Below are positions 11,240 to 23,046 of a DNA stretch of 64,000 nucleotides, piece after piece. The stretch's first letter is position 1; each line of letters opens with the position of its first letter. The notes under the pieces are model-generated. The model was not told the DNA's origin, did no database searches, and saw nothing but the letters and a program-made list of their open reading frames with translations. The stretch lies in assembly GCF_006345805.1 (NCBI RefSeq), contig NC_043021.1:1116001-1180000 (forward strand), given 5' to 3'. The position numbers were made by a program, and so were the translations under genes. Origin of the DNA: Octopus sinensis (Eukaryota).

Positions 11240-11545
11240 GAGAATTCAGAATTATCCTTTGATGCGAATTTGACCCTTGTCAGGTGATTCATAATTTTTT
11301 GGGTTGATGTTTGCAGTTCCTTATGAGATTTTCTTCAACCAGATTTCTCATTTTGGGGCTTTCGAAAAGTAAAAGTAGATTTGTTTTTATAGCATTAAAT
11401 ATGTTGGTCATTCCTGGATCATGTGTGTTGACAAATGGAATAGTATTTTCTTCAACTTTTTCCTTGGTGTCCTCAGTTGCATAATGTCTAGCTTCATTGC
11501 TTTTATAATCCCATTGTTTATTAATTTCAAGGGTAATTTTGGAGT
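11240..11545 (-). pseudogene. Penelope-like retroelement fragment (linker between RT and GIY-YIG domains)
   Basis: With one frameshift reads LKLINNGIIKAMKLDIMQLRTPRKK/VEENTIPFVNTHDPGMTNIFNAIKTNL..SPKMRNL..KHQPKKL. Confidence 0.6.
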
Positions 11546-12690
11546 TGTAGGTAGTCCCTTCCAAAATTCACTTGTCCATGATCAAAAATACTCCTCCAGT
11601 ACTGTTCTCACCTCGTCTACAGAATTCGTATTTTTTCCGTCCAAATGATTTTGAAGATTGCAGAATAAATGATAATCAAATGGGGCAATGTCCAAGGAAT
11701 ATGGAGCTTCATTTCCCATTCAAACTGCTCCAGCTTTTGGAATGTCATCCTTGCTGTATGTGGCTGAGCATTATCCTGATGGAACAACACCTTTCATCTT
11801 GAAACAAAAGATGGTCATTTTCCTTCTAGTACTGACTTAAGCTGTTCAAGCTGCTCATAGTAGATCTCCTTTGTTATCATTTAGTTTGGGTTTAAAGGTT
11901 CAAAGTGGACTAAACCTTTCATATCCCACCAAACACATAGCAACACTTCACATGGGTGAAGACCTTCTTTAGCCTGGGCTGGCAGTGTTTCCTTACCCAC
12001 TGTCTTCGGTGCTTGACATTTTTATAGAGAACTTATTTCTCATCACCAGTCACTATTCAGCCCCCAAAAAGGTTCATTCATGAGACAGGACAGCAAAGAA
12101 GTGCACACATTCACTCTCAGCATGTGATTACACTCAGAAAGTTTGTGAGGAACCCACTGGCCCAATTTGCTGACTTTTCAGATGGCATGCAGGTGTCGAT
12201 GAATGGTTGAATGACCAAATCCAAGCTTCTCTACTAGTTCCTCAAAAGTTACGATAGGATTTTGTTCCACCAGGGTTTGCACGATGTCCTTGTTGGGCTC
12301 TACGGATCTTCTGGGGACAAGGCTCATCTTCTAGACTGTAGTTTCTAGCTAGCAATTTCTGGAACTACCTTTGACACTGACTTACGCTTATTGTCCGATC
12401 CCCATACACTGCATTAATATTCCTCGCACTTTCAATTGTGTTGTTGCCTTTATTGAACTCTTAAAGCAAAATATGCCGAATATTCTTCTTTGTCACTTCC
12501 ATTATAGCTTTGAAAAAATAACTGTTAAAATCGAACTGCACTTTTCAAAATTTGCACTAAGAATAAGTACAAGGTAAAATTATTACCTGCTTTTATAGCA
12601 AGTTGATGCAGGTAGTTTATCCTGTCCCCTGACTTTTAGTTGATGCAATTGAAAAAAACTGTATTATTTATGAGATGACCCAATATATAT
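11545..12690 (-). mobile_element. mariner transposon with disrupted transposase (ATG at about 12502)
   Basis: MEVTKKNIRHILL..RNYSLEDEP..GHSTIHRHL..WVPHKL..IVTGDEK..LLCVWWDMKG..FHQDNAQPHTA..PYSLDIAPFDYHLF. Mariner-type end TATTGGGTCATCTCATAAAAT at about 12690. Confidence 0.9.
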
Positions 12691-12763
12691 CTATATATGT
12701 ATATATACACATGCATATACACACACATATATATATATATATATACACACACACATACATATA

Positions 12764-12850
12764 CGACAGGCTTTTTTCAGTTTCCATCTACTAAATCCAT
12801 GCATGAAGCTTTGGTTGGCCAGAGGCTACAGTAGGAGACACTTTCCCAAG
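12764..12850 (-). mobile_element. SINE fragment interrupted by RTE copy 2
   Basis: Resembles the octopus tRNA-SINE body (CAGTTTCC.TCTAC.AAATCC..AAGCTTTGGTTGGCC..AGACACT) and abuts the RTE tail. Confidence 0.5.
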
Positions 12851-15800
12851 TCATCATCATCATTTAATGTCCATTTTCCATGCTAGCATGGGGCTGGATG
12901 GTTCAACCAAGGTCTGGGAAGCCAGGAAGCTGCATCAGGCTCCAGTCTGATCTGGCAGTGTTTCTACAGCTGGATGCCCTTCCTAACATCAACCACTCCA
13001 TGAGTGTAGTGGGTGCTTTTTACGTGCCACCGGCACAGGGGACAGAGGTGGCTGGCAATGGCCGATTAGTTGGTGCTTTTTACGTACCACCAGCACGGAC
13101 GGCAGTCAAAGCAGCACTGGCATCAGCCACGTTCGGATGGTGCTTTTTACGTGCCACTGGCACAGGTATCACAACCACAATTTTCATTTGAATTTTTGAT
13201 GTTGATGTACTTGACTCAATAGGTCTCCCTAAGCACAGCAGGTCGTCCGACAATCCAAGGTACTTTTGAATGGGCTGGGGCTGGTTATGCGAAACTGGTG
13301 TAGGATACACCCATGAACTCACTTTATTTGCCGGCTCTTCAGTCACAGCATATCTCCAGAGGTCTTGGTCTTTTGTCATTGCCTCTGTGAGGCCCAACAT
13401 TTGAAGGTCATGCTTGACCACCTCATCCCATGTCTTCATGGGTCTACCTCTACTCTGGATTCCTTCAACTGTTTGGAAGTGGTACTTCTTCACACATCTC
13501 TCCTCATCCATCTGTAGTACATGACCATACCAGCGCAAACGTCTGTCTTGCACGCCACATACAATGCTTCTTATGTCCAACATTTTTCTCAGGGCGCTTA
13601 CACTCTGTCGTGTATGCACACTGACATTACACATCCAGCGGACCATACTAGCTTCATTTCTTTCAAGCCTATGCATGTCCTCTGCAGTCACAGCCCATAT
13701 TTCACTGTCGTGAAGCACGGTAGATTGCACACATGCATCATACAATCTACTTTTCACTCTGAGCGAGAGGCCCTTTGTCACCAGTATGAGTAGAAGCTTT
13801 CTAAACTTTACCCAGGCTATTCTTATTCTAGTGGTAACACTCTCTAAGCATCCACCTCCACTACTAACTTGGTCACCTAGGTAGTGGATGCTATCAAGTT
13901 CTTCTATTTTCTTCCCCTGGAGTGTGATGGAATCTGTTTTCTGAACATCCGTAGTGTTTATTGCTCCTGTGCATCTACCGCACATGAAAGCTATATTCTT
14001 GGTTAATCTTCCTTTGATGTTGCTACACCTCTTATGTGTCCATAGCTTATACTGGGTACATCTTATGGAGTTTCTACCTACACCTTTTCTACAGATCAAG
14101 CAGGGCCACCTACCAGAGGGTGTGTGTGATGAGTTCGCCTTCCTACTTACTAGAACTTTGGTCTTTGCTACATTGACTCTAAGGCCTTTTGATTCTAAAC
14201 CTTGCTTCCACACCCGAAATTTCTTTTCTAGTTCTGGTAGTGATTCTGCTATGATAGCCAGGTCATCAGCATAGAGGAGCTCCCAGGAGCAACCCGTTTT
14301 GAATTCCTCTGTTATTGCCTGGAAAACTATGGTGAATAAAATGGGGCTGAGGGCTGAACCTTGGTGGACCCCTACTTCTACCCGGAATTCTTCACTATAC
14401 TCATTGCCAATCCTAACCTTACTAACTGCCTCTCTGTATAGGGCCTGTACAGCCCTTATTAACCATTCATCAATCCCTAGTTTCCGCATCGCCCACCAGA
14501 TAAGGGATCAGGGGACCCTGTCAAAGGCTTTCTCCAAGTCCACAAAAGCTAAGTATAGGGTTTATCTTTAGCTAGGTATTTCTCCTGCACTTGTCAAACC
14601 AGGAATATAGCATCAGTGGTGCTTCTACCCGTCACAAAACCGAACTGCATTTCATCTAAGCAGACTCTCTCCCTAATGAGATGGGCTATGGCTCTCTCCA
14701 TGACCTTAATCACCTGATCTAGCAGTTTGATACCCCTGTTGTTATTTCTATTTAGAGCATCACCCTTACCCTTGTAGCAGTTGACTATGGTGCTGCTACG
14801 CCATTCATTGGGTATGACTCCATTATGAACTACCTGGTTTACAATGCAGGTGACTAGGCCATAGCCCACATTACCAGATGTTTTAAGCATCTCAGTAGTG
14901 ATTCCTGATGGGCTGGGGGCTTTTCCTGGCTTCATACCCTTAAATGCTTTATCTACAAGGGAGCTGTCTATTCGGATAGCTGGTCCCTCTACTGGGTCAA
15001 CATTTGGAAGGCTCTCCTCCTCCCATTCATTCTCCACATTCAGCAGTCTTTCATAATGGCTTCTCCAAGCCTCTGTCTTTTCTGAATCATTAAAAGCAAG
15101 TGCCCATCATCCATGTGGGCACATTTCTCTCCTGTAACATCACTATTTTCTCTCACACACTGTCTAGCAATCCGAAATACCTCAGTTCTTTGGTCCTTAC
15201 ATCACTGGACATTGGCAAACTTCTTTTCTGCTTTGCCCATAGCTATGTATACCTGCTGCCCAGCCTCCCTTTTGGCTACCTGGTATATTCCCTGTTACCC
15301 CCACCCTTCTAGGCTTTCCAGGCCCGTTTCTTTGCTCTAATGGCTTTGTCTACCGTACTATTCCACCACCACGTAACTAGGTCTGGAAGGGACTTTGCAC
15401 CATCCACAGACTTGGTCTGTGGCACTCAGCAAACTGTCCCATAGGAATTTCCAGCTACCTTCTATGTCCGATGTCTGTAGCTCCTCCTCCCTCTCATCAA
15501 ATTTCTTGATGAGGATGTCCCTAAATCTCTGACTATGTGAAGGGTTCTTTAGCTTCCAAATCCTTCTTTTTTGAATTGATCTGCTTCTTGACATCCTTCT
15601 GGCCTCGAGCCTAAAGTCACTAATGACTAGCCTATGCTGGGGGGTACATTCTTCACCCGGGAGGGTCTTTGTATTTAAGAGCAACCCTGTGTCCCATTGT
15701 CTGGTGAGGATGAAATCAATCTGGCTGACAGAGTCCCCCAATTGATAGGTTATCAGGTGGCTGTCTGGCTTCCCGAAATTAGTGTTGCAGATCAAAATGT

Positions 15801-15885
15801 TACATGCATCACAGAACTCCAGTAGCCTAGTTCCCTCGTCGTTTCTGGAACCAATACCATGCCCACCCCCCATGTACACTATTCA
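12851..15885 (-). mobile_element. RTE-clade LINE (copy 2), about 3 kb, 5'-truncated, with frameshifted APE+RT ORF
   Basis: ORFs 15358-15879 (APE C-terminus: RNDEGTRLLEFC, SQIDFIL, QHRLV), 14594-15037 (GKAPSPSG, RGIKLL, QFGF) and 13080-14489 (YADD, PHD finger). 3' UTR and (GAT)n tail end at 12851. Confidence 0.95.
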
Positions 15886-16264
15886 AATGGCTTCACAAAA
15901 CACTCCTTTAACATCCCACCACTTCCCACCTCCACCCCCAATCAAGTATCTTGTGCTGACCATTCACTACTTTCTTTCAGCTATCATTCACCAAGTCGTT
16001 CACACCCACACGGATTAACAAAGCCCAACCCCACCCCAAACACACCCAAATCTCATCTATAGAATCACAAAGCCCCAAATCCTCAGATCTGTTTGACAAC
16101 GAATGCAGTGGGGGAAAGTTGTCCAAAAAAGTTAACCAAGAATTTGAAAAAAAATTCCCCACATCCAAGTTAAAAAACAAGATTTATGAACTAAAATTTA
16201 TATGAAAAAATAATAAATTAAACTGATTAGAACTACCAGCAAAGTCTTTCTTTTTCCTTTTTTC

Positions 16265-16302
<38 letters not shown>

Positions 16303-16560
16303 TGCATACACACATACATTATATATCTTCAGTCCCACAAGTGCAGTTGACAGACTTTTTCCACTTATATTGATGAAGTTGAATCTATAGCAGAAGGCTC
16401 AAGATGTCATGCAGTGAATTTGAACCTGTATCTACGTGGTTGCAAAGCAAATACCTTAGTCACATATCGATACGTTTGCCCATGTTAACATAGTTTTTGA
16501 ATACACACACCCACTTATAAAAATGTATGTGGGTGAAAGGAGAATGAAAACCAACATTAC

Positions 16561-16612
16561 CCATAATCTTGCTGCTGTGTTGACCATTTGTTTACTAAAT
16601 CCTATTATGTAC
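16561..16612 (-). CDS. GLT1D1: GLT1D1-like coding exon 4 (YIIGFSKQMVNTAARLW)
   Basis: Acceptor actttcttttttcag, donor TGG|gtaatg. 52 nt, phase 2 to 0. Aligns to FAVAFTESMKEMAQAQW. Confidence 0.9.
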
Positions 16613-17616
16613 CTGAAAAAAGAAAGTTTAAAAATTTCTATGTAAAAATGACAAAACAGAAATTCTAAATATTTCTATAACTGCTTTCAATATCAAATGA
16701 TTTTGCAATTTTAACTTGACATGGTTCAATAGGTTTTAACTTTTGTGCAAAAATCTTGTTCATATTACTTGATGTGAATAGCAAAGGCAGTTGTATTGAA
16801 GAAGCAGAGTGACAAAGCAGTTTTAAACAATATTACAATTAATATTCTGAAGCGGTTTTCTGGTTAAAATACTGCACTAACCTAAATATCTATTGTCCAG
16901 AAGTTGTAACTGGTACAGAAAATAATTTTAGTTGTTGGCCCAGGTAAAACACCCACCATTACTTAATTATCTCAGTTAACCCAGCCATAAAGTAAACCTC
17001 AAGTAAGATACATCTATAATTACCATTCGGTTGCATGACTGAGTCATTGGACAACATGATGGGTGTGTACCAATAAAGATATCTAATTCAAAAGTTTCCA
17101 CAATTGTATGTATTGGGTAGAGTGTAACAACCCATGTGGAAAAGCAGATACAAAATCACAATAAAACAGACATACAATATATATATATATATATATATAA
17201 GACATTTTAAAATGTCACAGGCTGATTTCTATGAAAGTAGACACGAAATAAAAAGTACAAAACCCATTTTATTCAAGGAAGAAATTCAAGTGACAGATTT
17301 AGCAGTAATGAGATACTGCTTCTGTTGACAAATTTTAACTGGAATTTTGTAAATTGCCACCACTGTTCAGCTGTAAATCATTCTATGGACTTCAGTAATC
17401 TTGGAATTTTTGATCAAGGTGTATATCATTCTATAAGCACTACTAATCTTGGAGTCTTTGATAAGGAGCCAAGTCGTTATTCTGTGGATACTAGTTCTTG
17501 GATCTCTTTTATGTTTCAGAATTTGATGTTTATCTTGAAGAGATGTGTAGAATTTAGAAGAGATTTGGTTAGTGAACAATTTCCTAAGGGGTTGTTTATA
17601 TATTGTATAAGGCACT

Positions 17617-18080
17617 CATCATCATCGTTTAACATCCGCTTTCCATGCTAGCATGGGTTGGACAATTTGACTAAGGTCTGGCAAACCAGATGGCTGCACC
17701 AGACTCCAATCTGATCTGGCAGAGTTTCTACAGCTGGATGCCCTTCCTAATGCCAACCACTCCGAGAGTGTAGTGGGTGCTTTTACGTGCCACCGGCATG
17801 AGGGCCAGTCAGGTGGTACTGGCAACGGCCATGCTCAAATGATGCTTTTTCTGTGCCACCTGCACAGGAGCCAGTCCAGCGGCACTGGCAACGACCTCGC
17901 TCGAATGTTTTTTCACGTGTCACCAGCACAAGTGCTAGTAAGGGAACGCAGGTAATGATCACATTCAAATGGTGTTTTTAACGTGCCATCGGCTCGGAGG
18001 CCAGCTTGTTGCTCTGGCCACGATCTCACTCGTATGGTACTCTTAGCGCTCCACTAGCACTGATGCCAGTCATTGAATTT
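17617..18080 (-). mobile_element. RTE 3' UTR fragment with five ~60-bp subrepeats and (GAT)n tail
   Basis: Homologous to 3784-4400 and 12851-13200. Confidence 0.85.
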
Positions 18081-18089
18081 GATTTCGTG

Positions 18090-18340
18090 GCCAGCACACT
18101 TCAAAGGCAAAGTCCATCTAGCTGTAAGTATCTTAAAACATTGCTTTGATAACTGTCATCCTGAATTAGCCACCTCCATCCCGCCAACTCTTCCACTCTC
18201 CCTAGCACAGGCAACAGATCTCTCCTCCTCCTCCTCTTTGCAATATACTGAATCTCATTCCATGTTAATCCTTTCAACCAAGAACAACTTCTCTTCCGAT
18301 CTGTTCCTTTTATACAAAAATTCAAATCAATCCTCAGCTG
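18090..18340 (+). pseudogene. CR1/jockey-like LINE ORF2 C-terminal remnant
   Basis: HLAVSILKHCFDNCHPELATSIPP..ATDLSSSSSLQYT..TKNNFSSDLF resembles the ..LFYRYF.G.CS.ELAS..PP..TR.SS..H..T..SFF end of CR1-like ORF2. Confidence 0.45.
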
Positions 18341-19305
18341 CAATGATCTGCCTTAGTTTAAGAAGGCAGTTTAAAAATGAAGAGCATTGGGCCCTATTCT
18401 ACAGACTAAATGTCATTATAATCGACTTTCCACAATTTGAGAAGGGACTTTACGAATATTCGCCCCCCCCCCCTAATTTAACATTAACATATCTCTCGTT
18501 AGCTAGCAGCGTTGAGCTGAATTCTTCTTGTTGATGTGACAGTCACAAGCTCTTATCATCAATTTAATAGAATCACCCATTGAAGGATATTTCTAAACAT
18601 GAAAGGTCAAATAATTTGAGAAATGACAGATTCTCCACAGAAGGAAAGGGTTGCTATTTAAAGGGTTAAATGACAAATGGTGATATTCCTGATTATCACA
18701 AAGGACCCTAATTAGAAATTAAAAAATAGAAGATTGATGTTGCTAGTCAACAACCAGTATTAAAAAAAAAAATAGAAAAAAAAGTATTCTTGACTACTCA
18801 ACAATAACACAAATTTTAAAAATTTGTAATTATTTAATCAACTGAAAACTCAGCTGAGATATCGTAAATATCTGAGATTTAAGTCAGTTCCTGATTTTTT
18901 CAATGAACAGTTCTTCCTTGGTTATTGTTTTGTTGAACACAACAGAAGCACTGTTTTGTTTAAGAAATTCCTCTTCTCCCATCTTCCTGCTTCTTTCATG
19001 CTAAAAACTCAAAATTACTTGAATATTTATATATTGTTAGAGGAATGATTTTTGCCATCATTCTTAGTGCTCAGAACTCAACACTGAATTAAGAGTATAA
19101 GCTTTTGTCAGCCAAGCTGAGTCAGGAAAAGGAGAATATATTAAAAGATCAGGGAAACTACTTCAGAACTGCCATATAATATAAAAAGTGTAGCAGAGTC
19201 TTCAAACATACTGAAATCTCAGTAAGGAAAGAGACCCTGACTTAGGAAACAACATCAAAGGATTACAATCTGCTTTATAAAGAAATAGTTTGTGAAAATC
19301 ATTAC

Positions 19306-19417
19306 TTGGAATGTTTAAGAACTGAAGACATAATTTTCATCTTGTCAGTATCTCTATGATATTCATTGACGTCAGTTCCACCAAGGACGACAGCATATGG
19401 TATGTTTAGACGACTAT
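19306..19417 (-). CDS. GLT1D1: GLT1D1-like coding exon 3 (SRLNIPYAVVLGGTDVNEYHRDTDKMKIMSSVLKHS)
   Basis: Acceptor atttctctctttcag, donor AA|gtaatg. 112 nt, phase 1 to 2. IPYAVVLGGTDVNE matches the GLT1D1 signature IPFGVIFGGTDVNE. Confidence 0.95.
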
Positions 19418-20764
19418 CTGAAAGAGAGAAATAATAATGATGCTTAGCCTAGCCATTGTCGAAAGTGGTGTTGGTAGAATTTTTATCTGATGCTCGAGTG
19501 TTACACCAAACATTGATTCTTTTTAAATTCTGAAGGATATAAGAGTAGGATTTAAAGAACTCAAGACCAAGGTTTATGCTTTTTCAACATGGATATAAAT
19601 TTAGTTTGCTGTAGATTAAGCAGCAGTAGTATAGCTTGTTGGGGCCCATTGAATACTTTATGTAAAGGTAGTTGAAAAAGAATTTACTAGAGTGAATCTT
19701 AGTGGCTTCACTGGGCTACATCCATTTGTGGATTTGAATTGCTTGTAGCAATGAACTTAGATCCACAAAGTATATTTACAGTTAGTGCACTGGGTGACTG
19801 GATGCTAAGTACTTTTGCACAGGGATACAGTGCAATGCCATTGGTGGAATGTTAGTTCTTTGGCTTAAAGTCTGGCAGCAAACTGACTTGAAACCATTTG
19901 CTCATACCTCAGAGCACCAAGCAATAAAATTGATGCTTCTATTATTTCACTTTTGGTGCAGAAATCCATGCAAAGAAGTGAATTTACAGATACAGTCAAC
20001 CCACTGCATGAAAGCATGAATACAAATGTACTGGCTAAAGATTTGTAATATTAATTTAATAACAACAGAAAGTAAGAAACTAGGGTTACTTTTTGTGAGT
20101 CACTGGTTTTATTATATTGTACGGGGGGGGGGGGGGCAGATATATGTATGGCCTTCACAGCCACCTCCACCACTCATTTGTGAGTCAATATAGTTGCCCT
20201 TGAAATAAGATAGACAGCTGGCAGAATCATTAGCATGCCAAGCAAAATGGTTGGCAGCATTTTGGCCGTCTTTATGTTCTGATTTCTAATTCCTCCAAGG
20301 TTGACTTAAGTCAACAAAACAATAAACCAGTTGAGCAGAGGGGGGCTGGTGTGATGCACTTCTACCCTAACTGCTGGTTTTGTGCCAATAGCGTTCCTCT
20401 TGAATAGAAACAATTCAAAACACTGCAGGAAATGCACAGGAAAGAATTCCAAAAAAAAAGCCCAATGGTCTAAAAAGTAAGAACTGGGCATTAAAGTGCT
20501 GGGGGGGGGGTGACTACAATACAGATGATAAGAGGTAAGTGAGTTGGGAGTTCCTGAGTGGACGTGGCACAAGTCCAGACAGCTGTGAAGAACAGGGGCT
20601 GTGGTAGAAAAACCAGAGAGAAGAGGCATAGAAGGTCTGTGTGTGAGAAACTAGGAGTGTTTTGGCAAAAGTCACATTATATCTAGGGTGGTAGCCATGG
20701 ATTAGATTGTCACTGAGACAATAAAGAAAATGAATGTTAATTGTAATATACAGATATTTCTTAC

Positions 20765-20904
20765 TTGTAAGAATCTTTCCTGAATGGTAAGCGTGCAGTG
20801 CCAATATGGCTGATATTTGATGCTGTTGCAGAAGAGCATCAACACACTCAGTTGAGCCAACATCTTGTAATATACAATGGAAACCTACTTTCGCAAGGTG
20901 ACAT
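20765..20904 (-). CDS. GLT1D1: GLT1D1-like coding exon 2 (CHLAKVGFHCILQDVGSTECVDALLQQHQISAILALHAYHSGKILT)
   Basis: Acceptor ttctctttctag, donor A|gtaaga. 140 nt, phase 2 to 1, open frame. ALHAYHSG corresponds to ALHLYRGG of vertebrate GLT1D1. Confidence 0.92.
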
Positions 20905-21022
20905 CTAGAAAGAGAATGTAAACAGATGTTAATGAAAAAAAGCTTTTATCATGCAAAATGCATTTTCGATTTAATGGTATCAGGATAAAAGAATAGACAA
21001 GTGGTGATCATAATACACTTAC

Positions 21023-21105
21023 TTAATTCGGGTTGCTGTACTTGAGTTGCCACATACTTCATTCAGTTTGGCCAAAATCAGTATATTTTGGCCCGATTTA
21101 TCCAT
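21023..21105 (-). CDS. GLT1D1: GLT1D1-like glycosyltransferase, first coding exon (MDKSGQNILILAKLNEVCGNSSTATRI-K)
   Basis: ATG at 21105-21103, 8 nt after the acceptor ...tgtttttgcag (exon starts 21113). Donor AA|gtaagt at 21022. 83 coding nt (phase 2). GNSSTATRI matches the GLT1D1 N-terminal GNAVTAQRV motif. Confidence 0.88.
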
Positions 21106-21179
21106 TGGTTAGTCTGCAAAAACATTACAAGTTTCTATTACACACAATGGAAAGTTTCAGTAAGAATTATATTTTCAGT

Positions 21180-22445
21180 AAATAATACCTGGTGTAAGCT
21201 ATGGACACGTAAGAGGTGCAGCAACATCAGAGGAAGGTTAGCAAGGAAGATAGTTTTTGGGTGTGGAAGGTGCACAGGTACAATAAACTCCAGAAAATGT
21301 ACAAAAAATTGATTCCATCAAATGCCAGGGGAGAAAACTAGAAGTAGTTGATAGCTTCCATTACCTAGGTAACCAAGTCGGTAGCAGGGGTGGATGCTCT
21401 GAGAGTATAGTTGCTAGAATAAGAATAGCCTGTAAGATGCACCCAGTGTAAGCCTTGGACACATAAGTGGTGCAGCAATATCAGAAGTAGGTTAATAGGG
21501 AAGATAGCTTTTGTATACAGTAGATGCACAGGTACAATAAACAGGGAACATGTACAGAAAATATATTCCATCAACTGCCGTGGGGGTTGGCTAGAGGTAG
21601 TAGATAGCTTCCGTTACCTAAGTGATCAAGTTAGTAGCAGGAGTGGATGCTCTGAGAGAGTCGTGGCACTTTGTCAGTTATGCTGATGAGGGTTCCAGTT
21701 GATCCTATCAACGGAACAGCCTGCTTGTGACATTAACATGCAAGTGGCTGAGCACTCCACAGACATGTGTACCCGTGTACCCTTAATGTAGTTTGCGGGG
21801 AGAGTGTGACAAGGCTGGCCCTTTGAAATACAGGTACAACAGAAACAGGAAGAAAGAGTGAGAGAAAGTTGTGGTGAAAGAGTACAGAAGGGTTCGCCAC
21901 CACCTCCTGTCAGAGCGTCATGAAGCTTCAAGTGTTTTCGCTCAATAAACACTCACAACACCCAGTCTGGGAATCAAAACCCCGATCCTACAACCGCAAG
22001 TCCACTGCCCTAACCACCGGGCCATTGTGCATCCACCCTGAGAATAAGAGTAGGCTGCGCAAAGTTCATAGAGCTCCTACCTCTGCTAGTAACAAAGGGC
22101 CTCTTGCTCAGAGTGAAAGGCAGACTGTATGATGCCTGTGTGCAAACAGCCATGCAACATGGCAGTGACACATGGTCTGTGACTGCTGAGGACATGTGTA
22201 GTCTTGTAAGAAATGATGCTAGAATGCTTTGTTGGATGTGCAGTGTCAGTGTGCATGCACGACAGAGTGTAAGTGTCCTAAGAGAAGAGTTGGACATGAG
22301 AGACAACTGTGCTGGTATGGTCATGTGATGCATATGGATGAGGACAGCTGTGTGAAGAAGTGTCACACTCGTATGGTGGAGGGAACCTGTGGAAGAAGTA
22401 GAACCAAGAAGAGGTGGAACAAGGAGGTGAAGCACGATCTTCGAA
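21180..22445 (+). mobile_element. RTE fragment (PHD-finger region duplicated in tandem) interrupted by a SINE
   Basis: CKLWTRKRCSNIRGRL..CGRC at about 21195 and a second copy at about 21445. Resumes at 22038 with RVKGRLYDACVQTAMQHGS..RTKKRW. Confidence 0.85.
21661..22037 (-). mobile_element. tRNA-derived SINE, apparently full length
   Basis: Minus strand begins GTGGATGCACAATGGCCCGGTGGTTAGGGCAGTGGACTTGCGG..GGTTTTGATTCC (A- and B-box-like). Inserted in the RTE fragment. Confidence 0.75.
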
Positions 22446-22698
22446 TGTGTGTGTGTGTCATGACACACACACACACACACACATGTGCATGTAAGGATAC
22501 ACATCTTAGAAGAATAGAATAGGTGGAGCAAGAACACACATGAAAATGAAAAGGATCACTGAAGAGGTCATAGATGTGTGACGAAAAATTTCTGGACAAT
22601 GGACATAAGTTAAAATAATAAAATAAGAACAGCAATAAATGAGTGAAGAAAATGTATGTATGTGTGTGTGTGTATATATATACCTATCTATCTATCTA

Positions 22699-22738
<40 letters not shown>

Positions 22739-22744
22739 TATATA

Positions 22745-22901
22745 CACTCACGGAGTGGTTGGCGTTAGGAAGGGCATCCAGCTGTAGAAACACCGCCAGA
22801 TCTGACTGGCCTGGTGCAGCCTTCGGGCTTCCCAGACCCCAGTTGAACCGTCCAACCCATGCTAGCATGGAAAGCGGACGTTAAACGATGATGATGATGA
22901 T
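22745..22901 (+). mobile_element. RTE 3'-end fragment with (GAT)n tail
   Basis: Same family as 7826-8039. Confidence 0.9.
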
Positions 22902-23046
22902 ATATATATATGGTGTGTGTGTTTATTTGGCTAAAAGGGGAAAAAGAGACCATCCTCAAAATACAACAATATCTGTTTCTACACACTATTTCACATTAGG
23001 AATCTTGCAAAACAAATTAATAAACGTGTGTGTGTGTGTGTGCATG

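Noticed and set aside
18505-19000. Two exon-like minus-strand segments after pyrimidine-rich AG sites (KYPSMGDSIKL.. and HERSRKMGEE..)
   Set aside because: Both hit stops, have no donor, and are not needed: exons 3 and 4 join in frame without them.
21680-21740. CTGATGA followed by a hairpin in the SINE, as a hammerhead
   Set aside because: No GAAA after the stem and no stem I or III.
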